Assembly: GCA_023920165.1 (NCBI GenBank)
Contig: CP089275.1
Location: 2,852,001 to 2,916,000, forward strand
From: Curvularia clavata
Taxonomy: Eukaryota
Length of the DNA stretch: 64,000 nt
Direction of reading: 5' to 3'
How positions within the stretch are numbered: the first letter of the stretch is position 1; each line of letters opens with the position of its first letter. Below are positions 48,024 to 61,000 of this stretch, in pieces. The notes under the pieces are model-generated. The model saw nothing but the letters and a program-made list of their open reading frames with translations. It did not search any database and was not told the origin of the DNA. The translations under genes were made by a program, and so were the position numbers.

Positions 48024-51000
48024 ATGCTCGAGCGTGCTTCGACATGCCTCGAATCCGGCGGACGCCAGCTGTTCCGCGCTCCGAAGCCATGTCTACGCAG
48101 TCGGCGCATGCTGCATTCCGGTGTCTGCTACTACGGAGCGACCAATGGCAGCTGGCAAGGGCCGAGGACCCTATCCTCGATCCCCGAAAACACCCATGGT
48201 GACATTGACGACGAAGCGACCAAAACCCCACCTTTGTCGGGCGCGAAAGCCAGCGATGGCGTATTACTCGACTTTCTGTATCCCGAGAAAACGCTCGCTC
48301 TCCTGAGGAACCTCTCCACAAATTCGTACAAAACTCCAGATCCGAAGCGACGACCTCTGCACGCGACCCGCCATTTCGCTACACTTCGACCACAAACTCT
48401 GCATGATGGAGGGAATGGAGACGCAGATGCGGTGGAGCAAGCCAAAAACCAAGCAGCAAGACTGTTGGAAAGATCGGATGCTGTCACGGAGCTAAAGGCA
48501 ATGGTGGGCTCAGCAGAGCCCGGGAAAGAAGAAGTAGCATGGCGGCTCTACACTTCTATCCCACAGGATCAGCTTGCGGCGCAAGAAGAGTTGCGATGCA
48601 ATCTCCTGGAACTCCTCGTGCGACATGGGGAGCCAGCAGTGCCCGGCCGTGTACTTCAGGTGTTTTCTGAACTCTCACCAGCCGCTCGTCGGGCATCTTC
48701 ATACCGAGCGGCGATTATAGCATATATTGCACTCAGGATGATTGGGCCGGCCATCAAGCTGTTGGAAGACATTGATCCCGCCATGAACTTCAACATGTTA
48801 CATGTTGGCACAGACGTCATCCTACGACGCACAGTCTTTGACGAGCAATGGGATCTTACCCTTCGTGTTTTCAGGATGTTTCGACGGCATACTCCACGCG
48901 TGCGAGGAAAACCCATAGACCTAGCGATCCGCCATGGAGAAACGCTGCCGGAAATATGGCGAGAAGTAGCCCAGTTACCGGAACTGCTGGAGCATTTCCA
49001 GTCTTTTCTCAGACACGTTCGAGAATTCGAGCATGAGCTCAGATCCACTCCACAGTTGGAGCAAGATTTATCCTGTTTCGCCATGACTTTTGTTCCCCAC
49101 GTAATTGATCGAGTCCTCAAGACAAAAGCATCCGACGGCGACTTCATCTGGGACTTTTTTATCAAACTTTTTGACGACCTGCACTCGTTACATCTCCCCA
49201 CTCCGGCCTGCTATGAGTATGCCATTAAGCGAATGCTCGAGATGCCTGTATATCAAGGATACACCAACAAAAGAAAGATCTGGCTAGAGCTGTACAGAAG
49301 ATATCGAAGCCAATACATCGACACGCCCAACGCCCCCTCTGACTTGAAACCATCGCAAAACCTAATCAGAAATCTGATTTATCAACATAGTAAGATGGGT
49401 GGATGGCAGCGCGTTCGTGATCATATCCAGGACTTGCGTACCTTTTATCCTGGGCGGCCACTACGACCTGGGTTACTTAAACACCTCATCCAAGCATATG
49501 CAATCGCGGGTGATGCAGAAAAGGTGCACGAGTGCATTGGTGAGCTTCAGACAAATTACAAGGATGAAGTTACGCTCGAGGTTCTTTCTGCCCTTCCTTA
49601 TGTCTATGCTCGGCGTGCAGATGTTGAGGGGACAATAAAACAGTTCAATCGCATACATACAGATTACAACATGGTTCCAGATATCGCTTGTTGGAACATT
49701 TTGCTACTTGCCTACGTTCGTGCGGACGATCTTGACGGCGCTCTAGAGTGTTTCAACAATTGCATGAACTGCGGCCTTGTACCCGATGTCCAGACGTTTG
49801 GGCCTCTTCTCGACTTTTGCGCCAAAAGAGGCGACATTGAGGCTTTCGAAACCTTGTTCTCACGAGCCAAGCAAATGGGAGTTCAACTTGACTCAGACGT
49901 GCGAGCAAGAGCGGGTTATGTACAGGCATTCTTGAATGCGGGCGATCCAGAAGGAGCCGATGCCATTGCTGGAGGCATGCTCAAGAGCTGGAATGCGGGA
50001 ACTCTCTATGGCGATCCACTCACCCACACGTGGAACCTGTTGATTCAGCAATATGCCCTTAACCGCGACCTCGCAGCGAGTAGGCAGCGTTACAAGCAGA
50101 TGATCGACAACAACATTCCCTTGGACAGTTGGACGTATGGCAGTTTGATGCGTGCACTGGTCGAAGTGAAGCAGACGAACGCGGCGTATAAGCTCTTGAG
50201 AGTTACTATGCCGGAACAAGGGATGCGTGTTCACGCACTTCATTACGCCATTGTCATAACAGGTTTCCTGAGAGAGGGTCAGCTCGAACAAGCGATAGGT
50301 GCCTATGAGAGGATGACGCAGCGCAGAGTTCCTCAAACTGAGAGCTCCCGCGCAGCTTCAATACGTGTGCTCGGTGCGGCTGATCTTCAAAAGTTGCAGA
50401 AAAGAGGCGCCAAACATCCAAACTACCGGCTGCTCAAAGTCGAACAAGCTCTTCAGGAGATGCTTGCCTCGAGCATGAGCGATGAGATTGCCCATCGCCA
50501 GCCCACACATGAGCGATTGATTGACCCCCGGAACTATGGCGCTGTTCCACAGTCATACTTGGGCCTCATGATCTCACTGTACAACACTCGGTCAGCATAC
50601 AAGATCTGCAAGAAGCTCTTTGAGAGGGCCCAAGCATCAGCACCAAACTCTGGCAACTACACTCAACCCCTGACACTCATCACAGCAATGATGGAAACAC
50701 ATCTCCAATCCCGCAATCATGAGGAAGTAACCAAACTTTGGGAACTTGCGCGCTCTTCGGCAAGCAAACTCACCAAGACCTTCAGCCAACTTGTGCAACA
50801 ACCAGCCGTAGCCTCTGAAGCCGATTCTCTGCTTCACGCTTCCGTTCAGCGACGTTTCCGAGAGTCAAACATCTCCAACAACCGTCGTCACATCCTCGTC
50901 AATCCAGCTCGTATCTTCATCCGCAGTCTACTGTCCCAAACCGACAGCAACGCCATGCAAGAAGCCCATCGTACCATCCTCAACCTCATCATCAACGGCT

Positions 51001-51416
51001 ACACCATCGATACCTTTACATGGAACGAATTCATCCAGCAACTCACTCTCCGCAACCAGCTCGTTGACGCTTTCGCCATCTGCGAAGAATACCTCATGCC
51101 CCGCTTCCCCGGCTGGCGTGACCTGCACCCTGGCTACCAGCGCAGAAACATCGAGGGCTACCAGTGGATGGAAATCCGCTCTTACGAAGTCAAGAAGAAC
51201 AGTGTCTTGCCCCGATACAAGACGCTCGTCTTGCTAGCCAGGGCTTATGGCCAGACGAGGCGCGATGAGAGCAACGGTATTGGGTATGATGTTGATGCAC
51301 AGGCTTGGCTGCGAGAGATTCTCGAGCGGAAAGCGCCAATGACGGTGAGGGCTATTGAGACGATGCCCAGGACGTATGATCGGTTGCAGGAGAAGTATTT
51401 TGGGAATATATTGTAG
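48024..51416 (+). CDS. Mitochondrial pentatricopeptide-repeat protein, Cya5/Pet309-like COX1 translation factor
   Basis: MLERASTCLE N-terminus, LLDFLYP, multiple PPR repeats (PDIACWNILL, PDVQTFGPLL, LDSWTYGSLM) and CEEYLMPRFPGW. Confidence 0.85.
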   Translation: MLERASTCLESGGRQLFRAPKPCLRSRRMLHSGVCYYGATNGSWQGPRTLSSIPENTHGDIDDEATKTPPLSGAKASDGVLLDFLYPEKTLALLRNLSTNSYKTPDPKRRPLHATRHFATLRPQTLHDGGNGDADAVEQAKNQAARLLERSDAVTELKAMVGSAEPGKEEVAWRLYTSIPQDQLAAQEELRCNLLELLVRHGEPAVPGRVLQVFSELSPAARRASSYRAAIIAYIALRMIGPAIKLLEDIDPAMNFNMLHVGTDVILRRTVFDEQWDLTLRVFRMFRRHTPRVRGKPIDLAIRHGETLPEIWREVAQLPELLEHFQSFLRHVREFEHELRSTPQLEQDLSCFAMTFVPHVIDRVLKTKASDGDFIWDFFIKLFDDLHSLHLPTPACYEYAIKRMLEMPVYQGYTNKRKIWLELYRRYRSQYIDTPNAPSDLKPSQNLIRNLIYQHSKMGGWQRVRDHIQDLRTFYPGRPLRPGLLKHLIQAYAIAGDAEKVHECIGELQTNYKDEVTLEVLSALPYVYARRADVEGTIKQFNRIHTDYNMVPDIACWNILLLAYVRADDLDGALECFNNCMNCGLVPDVQTFGPLLDFCAKRGDIEAFETLFSRAKQMGVQLDSDVRARAGYVQAFLNAGDPEGADAIAGGMLKSWNAGTLYGDPLTHTWNLLIQQYALNRDLAASRQRYKQMIDNNIPLDSWTYGSLMRALVEVKQTNAAYKLLRVTMPEQGMRVHALHYAIVITGFLREGQLEQAIGAYERMTQRRVPQTESSRAASIRVLGAADLQKLQKRGAKHPNYRLLKVEQALQEMLASSMSDEIAHRQPTHERLIDPRNYGAVPQSYLGLMISLYNTRSAYKICKKLFERAQASAPNSGNYTQPLTLITAMMETHLQSRNHEEVTKLWELARSSASKLTKTFSQLVQQPAVASEADSLLHASVQRRFRESNISNNRRHILVNPARIFIRSLLSQTDSNAMQEAHRTILNLIINGYTIDTFTWNEFIQQLTLRNQLVDAFAICEEYLMPRFPGWRDLHPGYQRRNIEGYQWMEIRSYEVKKNSVLPRYKTLVLLARAYGQTRRDESNGIGYDVDAQAWLREILERKAPMTVRAIETMPRTYDRLQEKYFGNIL

Positions 51417-52128
51417 GTTGTACTTGACGACGGTTGCGACGCACGTATGGCACTGCTTGGATGGCTGGGGATGCTGTATGTTATCGTGTATGTTCAACAG
51501 AGTACTGATGAGATGAAACAAATGATTTAACACATTCGGATGTTTCTTGTTTGCTGTGATTTTGCCTCGTTTTTCATGATCATACTCACAGTAGAGTAAT
51601 CTCAGTGTCCGCTCGAGCACCCTGTTGACCGCTCGTTGGGTCGGCCATCCGATCTGCTTGCTGAGGGATGGCATAGCAGGCGAATGGGCACGCTTGACCA
51701 GCATTTGGTCATAAGGTTATTAGGGTGAGTGAGGAAGGGCACGCTGTACGGGTCGGAAGCGGGGAATGTGCTTTTGCGGCTGAGAGTGGTGTGAGGAACG
51801 AAGGAGGCTTGGTATAGTGTGATTGAGGGGCATGAAGCCGTGCGGTGAGTTTTGTGAGAGTGTGGTACAGCTTGCTTGTCATTCTCGGGGGCTTGGTGGT
51901 ATTTGGGACGTACATTATGAGGGAAATTTGTCTCAGGAGTTTCCAGGTGGTGGAGTTTGGAGGCGCACGTTCAGTAAGGAAATTCATTTTACATTTCTGG
52001 AATATTTGTACTAAGTAATATGTGTGCGAAATGGAAATAGAAAAAGAACGGCATTCTAAACTAACAATGTTGCAAAACAGATAAGTTGTGTGTGTGTTGT
52101 AAGTGCGCAAGTGACCCGTTCTCCATCA

Positions 52129-54038
52129 TCAGAAAATTCCTGTCCCGTCCTCAGCGTCTGAATTGTCGTCCACAGCAGGTATTCCGTCCATCAAAATTTC
52201 AGAATCGAATTCGGGGTCGAACTCGTGCTGCAGTTGCAATGGTGTGTTGGGAATCTGACCGGCTTTTACAGTCGCCAGTGAACTGCCATCTTCCATGGCG
52301 ATTGTTGGTGCATCTCCTGCTTCTTCGTCTTTGGCGCCATAGGAAAGGAGGAGATCCACCATTTCTTGGTACCCAAACGCCCTGGCACGGCTGAGTGCTG
52401 TACCTCCCCACCCAAGAGCTTTCTGATTCACATTGATCTGCGGATGTTGAATCAGCAATCTCGCTGCCTCGATCTGACAGTATTCCACAGCCAATCTCAG
52501 AGGGCTATAGAACGAATCATTTATCGCATTGACGTCGATCTTATCATGTGCCAGTAAAACCTCTATTGCCTCGATGTCTCCCTTCTGCACAAGCCAATGT
52601 AGAAGAGTGTTTCCCTCGCGATACCGATAACGCATATTTGGATCTCCGAAAGCTGCAGTGTTGAGAAGACGAGTGACCACATCCTTCTTGACGAAGTCCT
52701 TGTTTTCAGATTGGATATCCAAGATGTCGCGATCGTTCCTTGAAGCAATGGATCCGAGTAACACATGGACACATTTCCAGTGCCCTCCGAATGCTGCAAG
52801 GTGAAGAGGTGTGCCACCATACTTATCTGAAGAAGAGATATCCGCCTTCCATTTTTCCACGAGCAGCTTTACGACTTCCAAATATCCATGCATGGCAGCG
52901 AGATGTAATGGTGTACGCAGCTGAACATCCAAGGACTCGACGTCGAAATCGAGATGGAGTAGTTGCTCAACAATATTGGGGTGTCCATTCCAGGCAGCGA
53001 TATGTAGTGCGTTGCGCCTCGTGTATTTTGTTGTGTGACTCTTATTCACACGATCAGAAGCGAGCAATATTTCCATACTCTTTGCATTACCATATCGCGC
53101 TGCATAATGTATCGGCGAATGCTTCCCGTCGTATCCATTTACATCAAACCCTGGGTGGTGTAGTAGAGCTATTGCCAATGTATCGTTCTTAGCAACCATT
53201 GCATAGCCAAATATTCTATTTAAATTACAGATCTCGGACCGGGCTTTCGAAAGTCGTACATACAGCTCAAGAATCTTGATATTCCTAGTCTGCGCGAGAA
53301 AACGGTCGGTTTCACCCCTCTCGCTTAGGTCTTGTTCATTTGGTATATGTTCGATGAAGGCTTTTACTGTATCCAGATCACTGCTCAGGAATCCCTCGTG
53401 CAGTGGTATCCGACCGCTCTTGTTCTTTGCGTTGACATCTGCGCCTTTATCGAGCAAGTATTGAACCGTCTTTGCCTGGCCACTCCTAGCGGCGCAGTGT
53501 AATGCAGTGGATTCATCGCCTGCTTTCGTGTCCAGCGTGAATCCGAAGGACATCAGTAGCTCCAGAGTGGCAATATTCCCGGAGGTTGCAGCTTGCATGA
53601 ATATAGAGACGCTATAGATCCCGTTGAGGGAACTGACAGCTAACGATATCTCGACATCCTGCGGCAAAGAAACTGTTGTGGTAGCATCGGCTATGGAAGT
53701 ACTGCTCTTGACAGACAGCAGAGCGCTGGGATGCCATTTCCGGACATGCCTCTTGAGGTTGTCGTTCCGTTTGAATGTTCTCCAACACTGATCGTCAGGG
53801 CAACGATACTGATCGTTGCCAACACGATGGCGAGCTTTGATGTGTCTTTCGAGGTCTGAACGAAGAGCAAAGCCACCTGAACATGCATCGCATCGGAATG
53901 GCTTGGAGTGTGTCTTCATATGTCGACTTTTTGATGTCAGCACTGGAATGTGAATTGCATGGCACTGAATTACTTCAGTTTTCCTCGAGTGTCGCACGAC
54001 TTGGCACAAGCGTTGCATTTGAAGATCTCTAAAGTCAT
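52129..54038 (-). CDS. Protein with three N-terminal C2H2 zinc fingers and C-terminal ankyrin repeats
   Basis: ATG at 54038. Intron 53927-53973 completes finger 1 (CNAC...RHMKTH). Two more fingers follow, then many TPLH/TALH ankyrin repeats. Confidence 0.85.
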
Positions 54039-54159
54039 GACTGGGATATAAGATTTGATAATAGATCAAATATGGTTTTTGGAGAGTACTCAATGTAGTA
54101 TAGGTATCATCCAGTCAACTGTTTCTAGAAATGGCTGGCGAGGCTCATATAGGTAGAGA

Positions 54160-54193
54160 CGAAGGGCACCTATGGTGGGGCGAAGGGCACCTA
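54160..54193. repeat. 13-bp direct repeat CGAAGGGCACCTA x2 in a divergent promoter
   Basis: Copies at 54160-54172 and 54181-54193 (21-bp period). Confidence 0.7.
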
Positions 54194-54582
54194 CTGTGAG
54201 TTTGATTGGCCTCTAGTCTTGCCGTGGCCGAGCGGTCAGAAAGCATATGTCGCTCTTCAGAACCCTCAACCACCCTTCATTCCCTTTCTCCCTACTATTT
54301 CCTTGTCAAGAAGTATTTTCACCCTTCCTCGTATACGACGTCAAGTACTCCCTGTGCCAGAATCGGTGGCCTGAGCCTCTTAGCCTGTTTCCTCTGAAGA
54401 ATTACAAAGATCGAGTTATCTTTTCATCTTTTCTCTCTAAAAAAATGAACAATCGATCCCTCGACTTTCCCACGTCTCACGGTAGACATATCAGCAAAAG
54501 CGACAGCCGCCTTCATCGAAGTGTTAGCTGCGGCAGCGACAGAACATTGATGCCGTAAGCTTTTTTTTTTAACACCATGCAG

Positions 54583-55360
54583 GTATGCCTCCTCTGTAAC
54601 ATCACATTATCACGGGGTTCGGGCACGAACAGGATCCAGCCCCACTCAGTACTTCCAACCGACCAACGGAAACCCTGTACGCCTACACCCTGGATACACG
54701 AGTGGCCCACAGTGCCCCTTTCAGATCGATGATCAGCACAACTACGCCGCGCTTGATATCAGCCAGCCTGGGTACCCCTTCCCGAATGCAGCTTTCGGCA
54801 ATAGCTCGGCAGGTCAAGGGCATGAAGGACTACAGCTCGAATTCACCCACTATGAGAATGGCTCACAGTATACCTATCAACATGGTGACTTGAACAACGA
54901 TGCCTTGTTTGGCATGGACCAGCCTCAATACCACTTCCCAAACACAGCTCTCGACACCGGCTCCATGATTCCGGTATATGACGATCTCGAATCCAACCTC
55001 TGGGAGATGAGTCCACTTGGAACAACACCAAGCAATGCTCTTGGTATGCATCCGGGCCCTTTCTTCAACACTCCCAGAATGCTCCATACGAACGGGGCTC
55101 AGCTCAAGCCTGCTATCCCTTCCGCTACCGCCCCGGTGCCTGGTTCTGTCGCTGCTTCCATTGTCAACAATGGCAGTAACCGCTGCCACATATGCAACCG
55201 CACCCTTGGCCGTCCTCAAGACCTGCGTCGTCACTTGACGATTCATGGGCCTCGCGATTTGAAATGTAGTTTCAACGGCTGCAACATGGCATTCCGCCGC
55301 AAGGACCATCTGCGTAGACACCTCAAGGTTCATGAATGTGCTAACCCTCTCCGGTCCTAA
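54583..55360 (+). CDS. C2H2 zinc-finger protein with two C-terminal fingers; 5' end unresolved
   Basis: CHIC...RRHLTIH and CSFNGC...RRHLKVH. The frame is open back to about 54583 with no ATG, so an upstream exon is required. Confidence 0.7.
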
Positions 55361-56298
55361 CACGTTCTGATGTTTGGAACGATGCTTTGTACCGAGGTCA
55401 TTTTTGGCTGCGTCAGTTCGAACAATGTTTGTCTTCAGTTGTTTTATTGCTTCATGATATTTGCGTTGCTCCCTTGGCCACAGTCTTTACCACACAACCA
55501 TATCCTGTATTCGTATTTTGCGTATACCACAGTCATTAGTAGTCAATGGATACATTCTTTCACAGCATGTGCACACCGTGAAGCAATCCCTCAGCTCTCA
55601 TTACTGGCAGCACTTCAGCTCACGGGAACTCGAGCCAGACTCTCGTAACACCATGAACGCTATCATCCATCTTTAGCGAGGACTCGGCATAAGCTATCAG
55701 GCGTTCATGCATCGTCGAGGGGCACCCCCATCCAATCAGCGTCGGCGAGGCTGAAACCACAATAGCCCTCCATCTGCAGCCCACGTTGCCCCTTTCACAC
55801 TGAAAAAGGCACCTAGGTCCAATCAAACCTTTCGAAAGACACGAAGCTTGCATGATGTATCTGCATGATGAGCTGGCAGTGTGTAGTGACTTGGATGCGT
55901 GAAGCCTTGCGCGTACTGGTAGCACGAGCAGTCACCAATGTCTAAGTGAGGCGAAGTGCAGCACGGAGGACTCTTGACCGGCGAAAAGATGAATGAAGGA
56001 TTCACCACGATCCAGCTATCAAGGTCATGAAGCTCTGCGATACGCGCCACGGTCTGGCTGAGATGGAGTACGTGGGCTAGTCTAAAAGAAGGCTAGTGAA
56101 CAATCCCGACGTTGGCTTGGGTATCTACAAGCAACAAACAACAAAGTAGATGCTTGATATGGCCTCTGTTGACATCTCGATGCCATTTGCTCGAGCGATC
56201 GCAAATGCAAATCTTCACACACTCATTACTTAGCGTGAACAATGTTCTAACACCTACTGTGATTCCATCGCCCTCAACGCCCACCACCCCCTAACAGT

Positions 56299-57105
56299 CT
56301 AAGACTCAGGCCTCATCACACGCCATCTATGGTCCATGGGGGTATGCATACTCCGCTGGTGCTTTCTCAGGTACTGTAAATGAAGGAAGCCCTTATTGCA
56401 CCCAGGAATCTCGCAGACAAAAATTGCACCTTCGTACTCTTTCCGCTGGACGATTTTCGATGGCCTGATTTTCACTTTTTCCGATGACGGCGGCTCAGTC
56501 TCTCCTCGTTCAATGGTAGGCGTTATTGTTCGACTGGAAGTGGTTTGGCCGTGGTCTTGCGAAGGCTCCTTGTCTTCATCTTGCTTATACCAATCCGGGA
56601 TTGGGGTATCCTGGCGGATGTATGTTGTTTGGCTTTCCGGTTGCGAATGTAAATCAGCATCATCTTCTTGGGCCTTTTTTGCGACGGAAGGCGCGTCTGA
56701 GGTTTGGTTTGATCCTGGAGTCAAGTCGAGACGGCCAGCCCATACGTCTTGTGCGAGTGTCTCCAACTCAGGGCTAACATCTGTGGTGTGACGGTACCAT
56801 GTGCCATTGTAGTAAAAGAAGTCAAATTCAGTCGTTTTGTCGGCAGCTTCTTGGCTGGAAGTGTCTTCATTGATAGTGTCCTCTCTGATGGCGTCTTCAT
56901 TGATATCTTCTTGGTCAAAAAGGTTTTCGCTGGTGAAGTTCACGTTCGCAAGGACTTGGTTGATGACATCTTCAATGGGGATTTCTTCGAGGTTTCTTTT
57001 GTTGATGAAGTTTGGATTGGTAACGTCGCCATTGCTCGCGCCAGCCTTTTCAGGTGCATTGGTGTCTGTTAGACCAGATTCCAAGTCACTATTATGAATC
57101 AGCAA
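56299..57105 (-). CDS. Acidic low-complexity protein with a single C-terminal C2H2 finger (5' exon uncertain)
   Basis: FVCEIPGCNKGF...LRKHQRSMH, with short EDINE/EDTINE repeats. Confidence 0.6.
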   Translation of the reverse strand: MLIHNSDLESGLTDTNAPEKAGASNGDVTNPNFINKRNLEEIPIEDVINQVLANVNFTSENLFDQEDINEDAIREDTINEDTSSQEAADKTTEFDFFYYNGTWYRHTTDVSPELETLAQDVWAGRLDLTPGSNQTSDAPSVAKKAQEDDADLHSQPESQTTYIRQDTPIPDWYKQDEDKEPSQDHGQTTSSRTITPTIERGETEPPSSEKVKIRPSKIVQRKEYEGAIFVCEIPGCNKGFLHLQYLRKHQRSMHTPMDHRWRVMRPES

Positions 57106-58081
57106 AACTCCGTAATGTAAGCTGTGAAATACCTTTCAGCATCTATCCGAGACTGTTCAAACATCAAATCGGCCGTTTGAGCATCAAAGGTACCTCCTCC
57201 ATCCAGAAACCCGGGGAAAGCCACATCTGAGTGTGAGTTGAGAAACATAGCTTGGTGAGACTTTCAGACTTTGCAGCTTTAACGATAGGTTTAATGTGTG
57301 AGAGCAGTTGTCGCTGAGGTCTTTCGGTTGCCGGTGTTGATTTTAACGATACGTAAAGCTGGCGGTTGAAAGGAGTCTGGTACAGTGGAAAGAAGTGAGG
57401 AACAGAGCTTGAAAAGCACACGCGCGTTGGGCCATCATCGTGAATCGAAGTATGAGGAAGTTACTCTTAAACAAAGAAGGACTAGAAGTGTGCTGTTGCT
57501 TCCAGCGTACGTGTAGTAGGAACGATTATCTTCACTTAGAAACCACGAGAATGACATCAAACATTTCATTGAGCAGACTTCACCTACCTTGCTGATAGTA
57601 ATTTCCAGCACAACATTGACAGCTTGGAAGTACGACAAACATTGTATGCAAAACTCCTTCTGTGTCGAACCTCCCTCAGCAAACCCAACACATTCACCTA
57701 CTAGACAAACAAAACACGCTATCTCACACACAACACAAAGTTACTACTCCACATCCTCTTATGATATCACAAGAGACCCTCCCTTCCCTCGCTGACTTAG
57801 CCCAAAAGGCTGATTTCCGAATCGCAAGAAAGCCTATTCAGACACTTTTGTGAAAACGGCAGTACAGGAAAGAAGGCTCATTCATGTGCTACCCGAAATC
57901 TTGATTTTGATGAACGCATAAGTACCTTTTCACCATCACCTTCAATCTGCTTTTCTCGATGAAAAAACGAGCCATGTCGCGGGATAAGCTCCAAAACCCA
58001 ATACCAAGTTTAGATATCACCCCAAGCCGCCACTCCTTCACCCCCTTCCTATCTCCACCAAAGGCACTTTCATACAACCTC

Positions 58082-61000
58082 TCAAAGCACCGGCATGAGT
58101 ACATCCCGCATCCAACTCGCCACCTGCACGTATAGCTCGCTACCCCCCATCTTCGCTTTGCCCTTTCCTTCGATTTCAGAGCTACGATTCTGGTCTTGAC
58201 AAACATCTCGTGCCAATTCCATGAACAAGGTGTCAATCTCGGCATCGACATGATCGCAGACCAGGCTCTCTACGTCATTGCCACTCTCATCCATCCAGCG
58301 CTTGAGTAGATCGCCATCGATGTGTTTATGCCTTGGACCACGGTGCGAGACGCGTTCGAGATGTCTTGGATCGACGTCTCTAATCATGATATTACCGTGC
58401 TGAGCCCCTGGCGCATTATTCATGAGGATGCGAAAGATGTCGCCGGTGCGAGGCTTGACGGTATCATGCTGGTGTGCATTCGAGCGCGAGTTCTTGACTT
58501 CAATGAGGTTTTGGATTAAGCGCAGAAGGTGGCGTGCAGGTTGGGAGAGAATAGAAAAAGCGAAAATGGTGCCGTCGGTACAGGCGCCGAGGATATCGTC
58601 TGCAAGGACGCCTGTCACCTTGCTTTTGGGATTCGCTCGGCGCCATGGTGGACGGATATCGCCACGATCGATGCGGACTACTGTGCGAGGAAGACATGCT
58701 TCGAATAGCGTGTCTGATGCGCTGCTATACGTCACCTTACGGGGATGGTAGAGGCCCACCACCGAGCTGCTCTTCTTATCTGTGAGCAGCACAAAACGAT
58801 TGTTGTGATCTTCATCGCTCGCATTTGGCACGTCCATGATGAGATGGCGGGAGCAGTTGCGTGCACCACTGTCAGAAAATTGTGGAGCGAATACGGGCTT
58901 TCCAGAGGTGTGACTGAATTGAACTCGGAAGCAGATGTGTGAATGCTGGAGCGTTGATACATAAACGAAAGGTTGGTTGACAGACACGTGAATGCCAGGC
59001 GAATGCAGTTCCGTCTTTGCGCGTTGAGACCACCTGTGATAGTTTAGTTAGTCTCTAATGCAAACTGGCAAAGGAGTACATACCTTCCATCCTTTTCGTC
59101 GAACTCGTCCATGGACAATGTCTTTCCAACGACACTGATAGTGGTTTTATTGTCCCATAGTGCAATGCTATAGACTGGCTGCTCATATGTCGATTGTTTC
59201 TGCAGCTCCAACTTAGAGCCAGACTTTCCAGTACTGAATATCAGTCTTCTTCCGGTTTGCCGATTCGGCCCTACTTGTATACCGGTACCGACGATGATGA
59301 GAGAGTACTTTTTATCTCGGTGGTTGACAAATTGCCACTCAACAATGCAGTATACTCTTTCCGCGTGTTGAAGGGAATATTGTGCTACGACCAATCGTTC
59401 TGGAAGAATCTCTTCTTCTTGTTTCACATCTGTATCATTAGTGGGCCTGTCATCGCGTACTTCAAGTAGCTTGATCGAGGAATGCAAGACCCGCTCGCCA
59501 TAAGGTGGCGGATGGCTTTCCTTTGCTTCGACTGTAGACACAAGAACACGTCGTAGTTTTTGCATATACAGTATGTTCGTAGGCTTTGCCCCCGTAATGA
59601 GCTTTCTTGGGACTATTTTCGAGTCACAAAAGAATGGGGCAGGTGTATCGCTGCTTAGCCTTTTAATGTCCGGGTCAAGTTGGGAGAAAAGGAGACGATC
59701 GCCAGCGACGACGAACAAGAATCCCCCAAGATTTCTTCCGGTTCTATCAAATTGTGGAAGAAAAGGTAAATGGTATATAGCCGAAACTGGAGATTGGTTG
59801 TATTCAGGATGCACACGATCAGTGAACCATATGGAATCAATCTCGACAGGGGATGAAGCAGTCGTGGAAAACCGCACTCGACAGAAATCTGAACCGCAGG
59901 AAACAAATGCAGATGAAGCGTCAGTCTCACTATGAGTAAGTTTGGTTGGAGTGTCGCCCATGTATATGCAATTCCAGGAAAGCGAGGAAACGCCTGTTGA
60001 TGTCAGCTACATCAGATGCAGATATCAGGTTAGCTTACGTTGCTCTTGCACCTCAATTGGAGAGCTCATAAGAGCACCATTACGCATTCCGCAGACTAGC
60101 ATGTGCTTTCCGTTTGAGCTCAAGACTAAAGCACTCTCGCAAAGGTTCTGTAGGCCATTGGGCAGATCTCGATCCCAGGAGTCTTCCATAACCAAAGACG
60201 TCTGGCTGCGATGGTGTCTGAAAATGAGAGTTTTGCCATCAAAGGTACTGACGAAGACGTGTGGTACGCCTTCAATTTTCAGTATTTCGACACAGGTGGG
60301 GTCATTGGGCAGCTGCTGGCGGAGATTGCTAGTTCTCTTGAAGGCACCGCCACCTGATATCGGCACAACCTCAAGGAATGTGCATCCTTCTTCACGGAAA
60401 ACAACCACGGCGAATGGGCAGTCAGGGCGAGAAGCAGCTGACAAGAGCGACGTGTCGAATCTCACTGTATCCACTTGCTGCAAGGTCGGTCGAAGGAGGG
60501 TGCGGGCCTCGCGCCTGGTGATTTGTATTGAGACGTCGTCCGTCCAAGGGCAGGCAGAGATGGTCTCTTCGTCCCGCACAAGACTATCTTCAAGGGGGTC
60601 GTCGTCGCTCGGTGTCTGGAACTTATCCCATGAACCCATTTCCCACGCGCCAGAGAAATCTTTGTTGTTTTCCATTTGAGTGCGAACGATGCGAATGACA
60701 AGGGTCTCCGGTGGTAGAGTAATGGCAAGTATTGCATAGTGCTGCCTCATCATGATTCCTTCAATGTCAGCTACATGGCTACCGTAATCGACAACCCATA
60801 TGCCAGCACAGCCATTTACACCACTGAAACTGTCGTCTACTATGGCCTGTATTCCGTGTCTGAGTTCAGAGATTTCGCCGTGCGGACTATTGCCGTTGGC
60901 AACAAAAACTGACGCTCGTTGACGTTCATCTGAAGCGCGTGGACTGGATAGTTTGGTAACGGCAAAGTCGGTAAGTGGTGTCCAATTGGGCAGTGAATCG

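Noticed and set aside
54225..54243. tRNA A-box-like TGGCCGAGCGGTC
   Set aside because: No cloverleaf or B-box follows.
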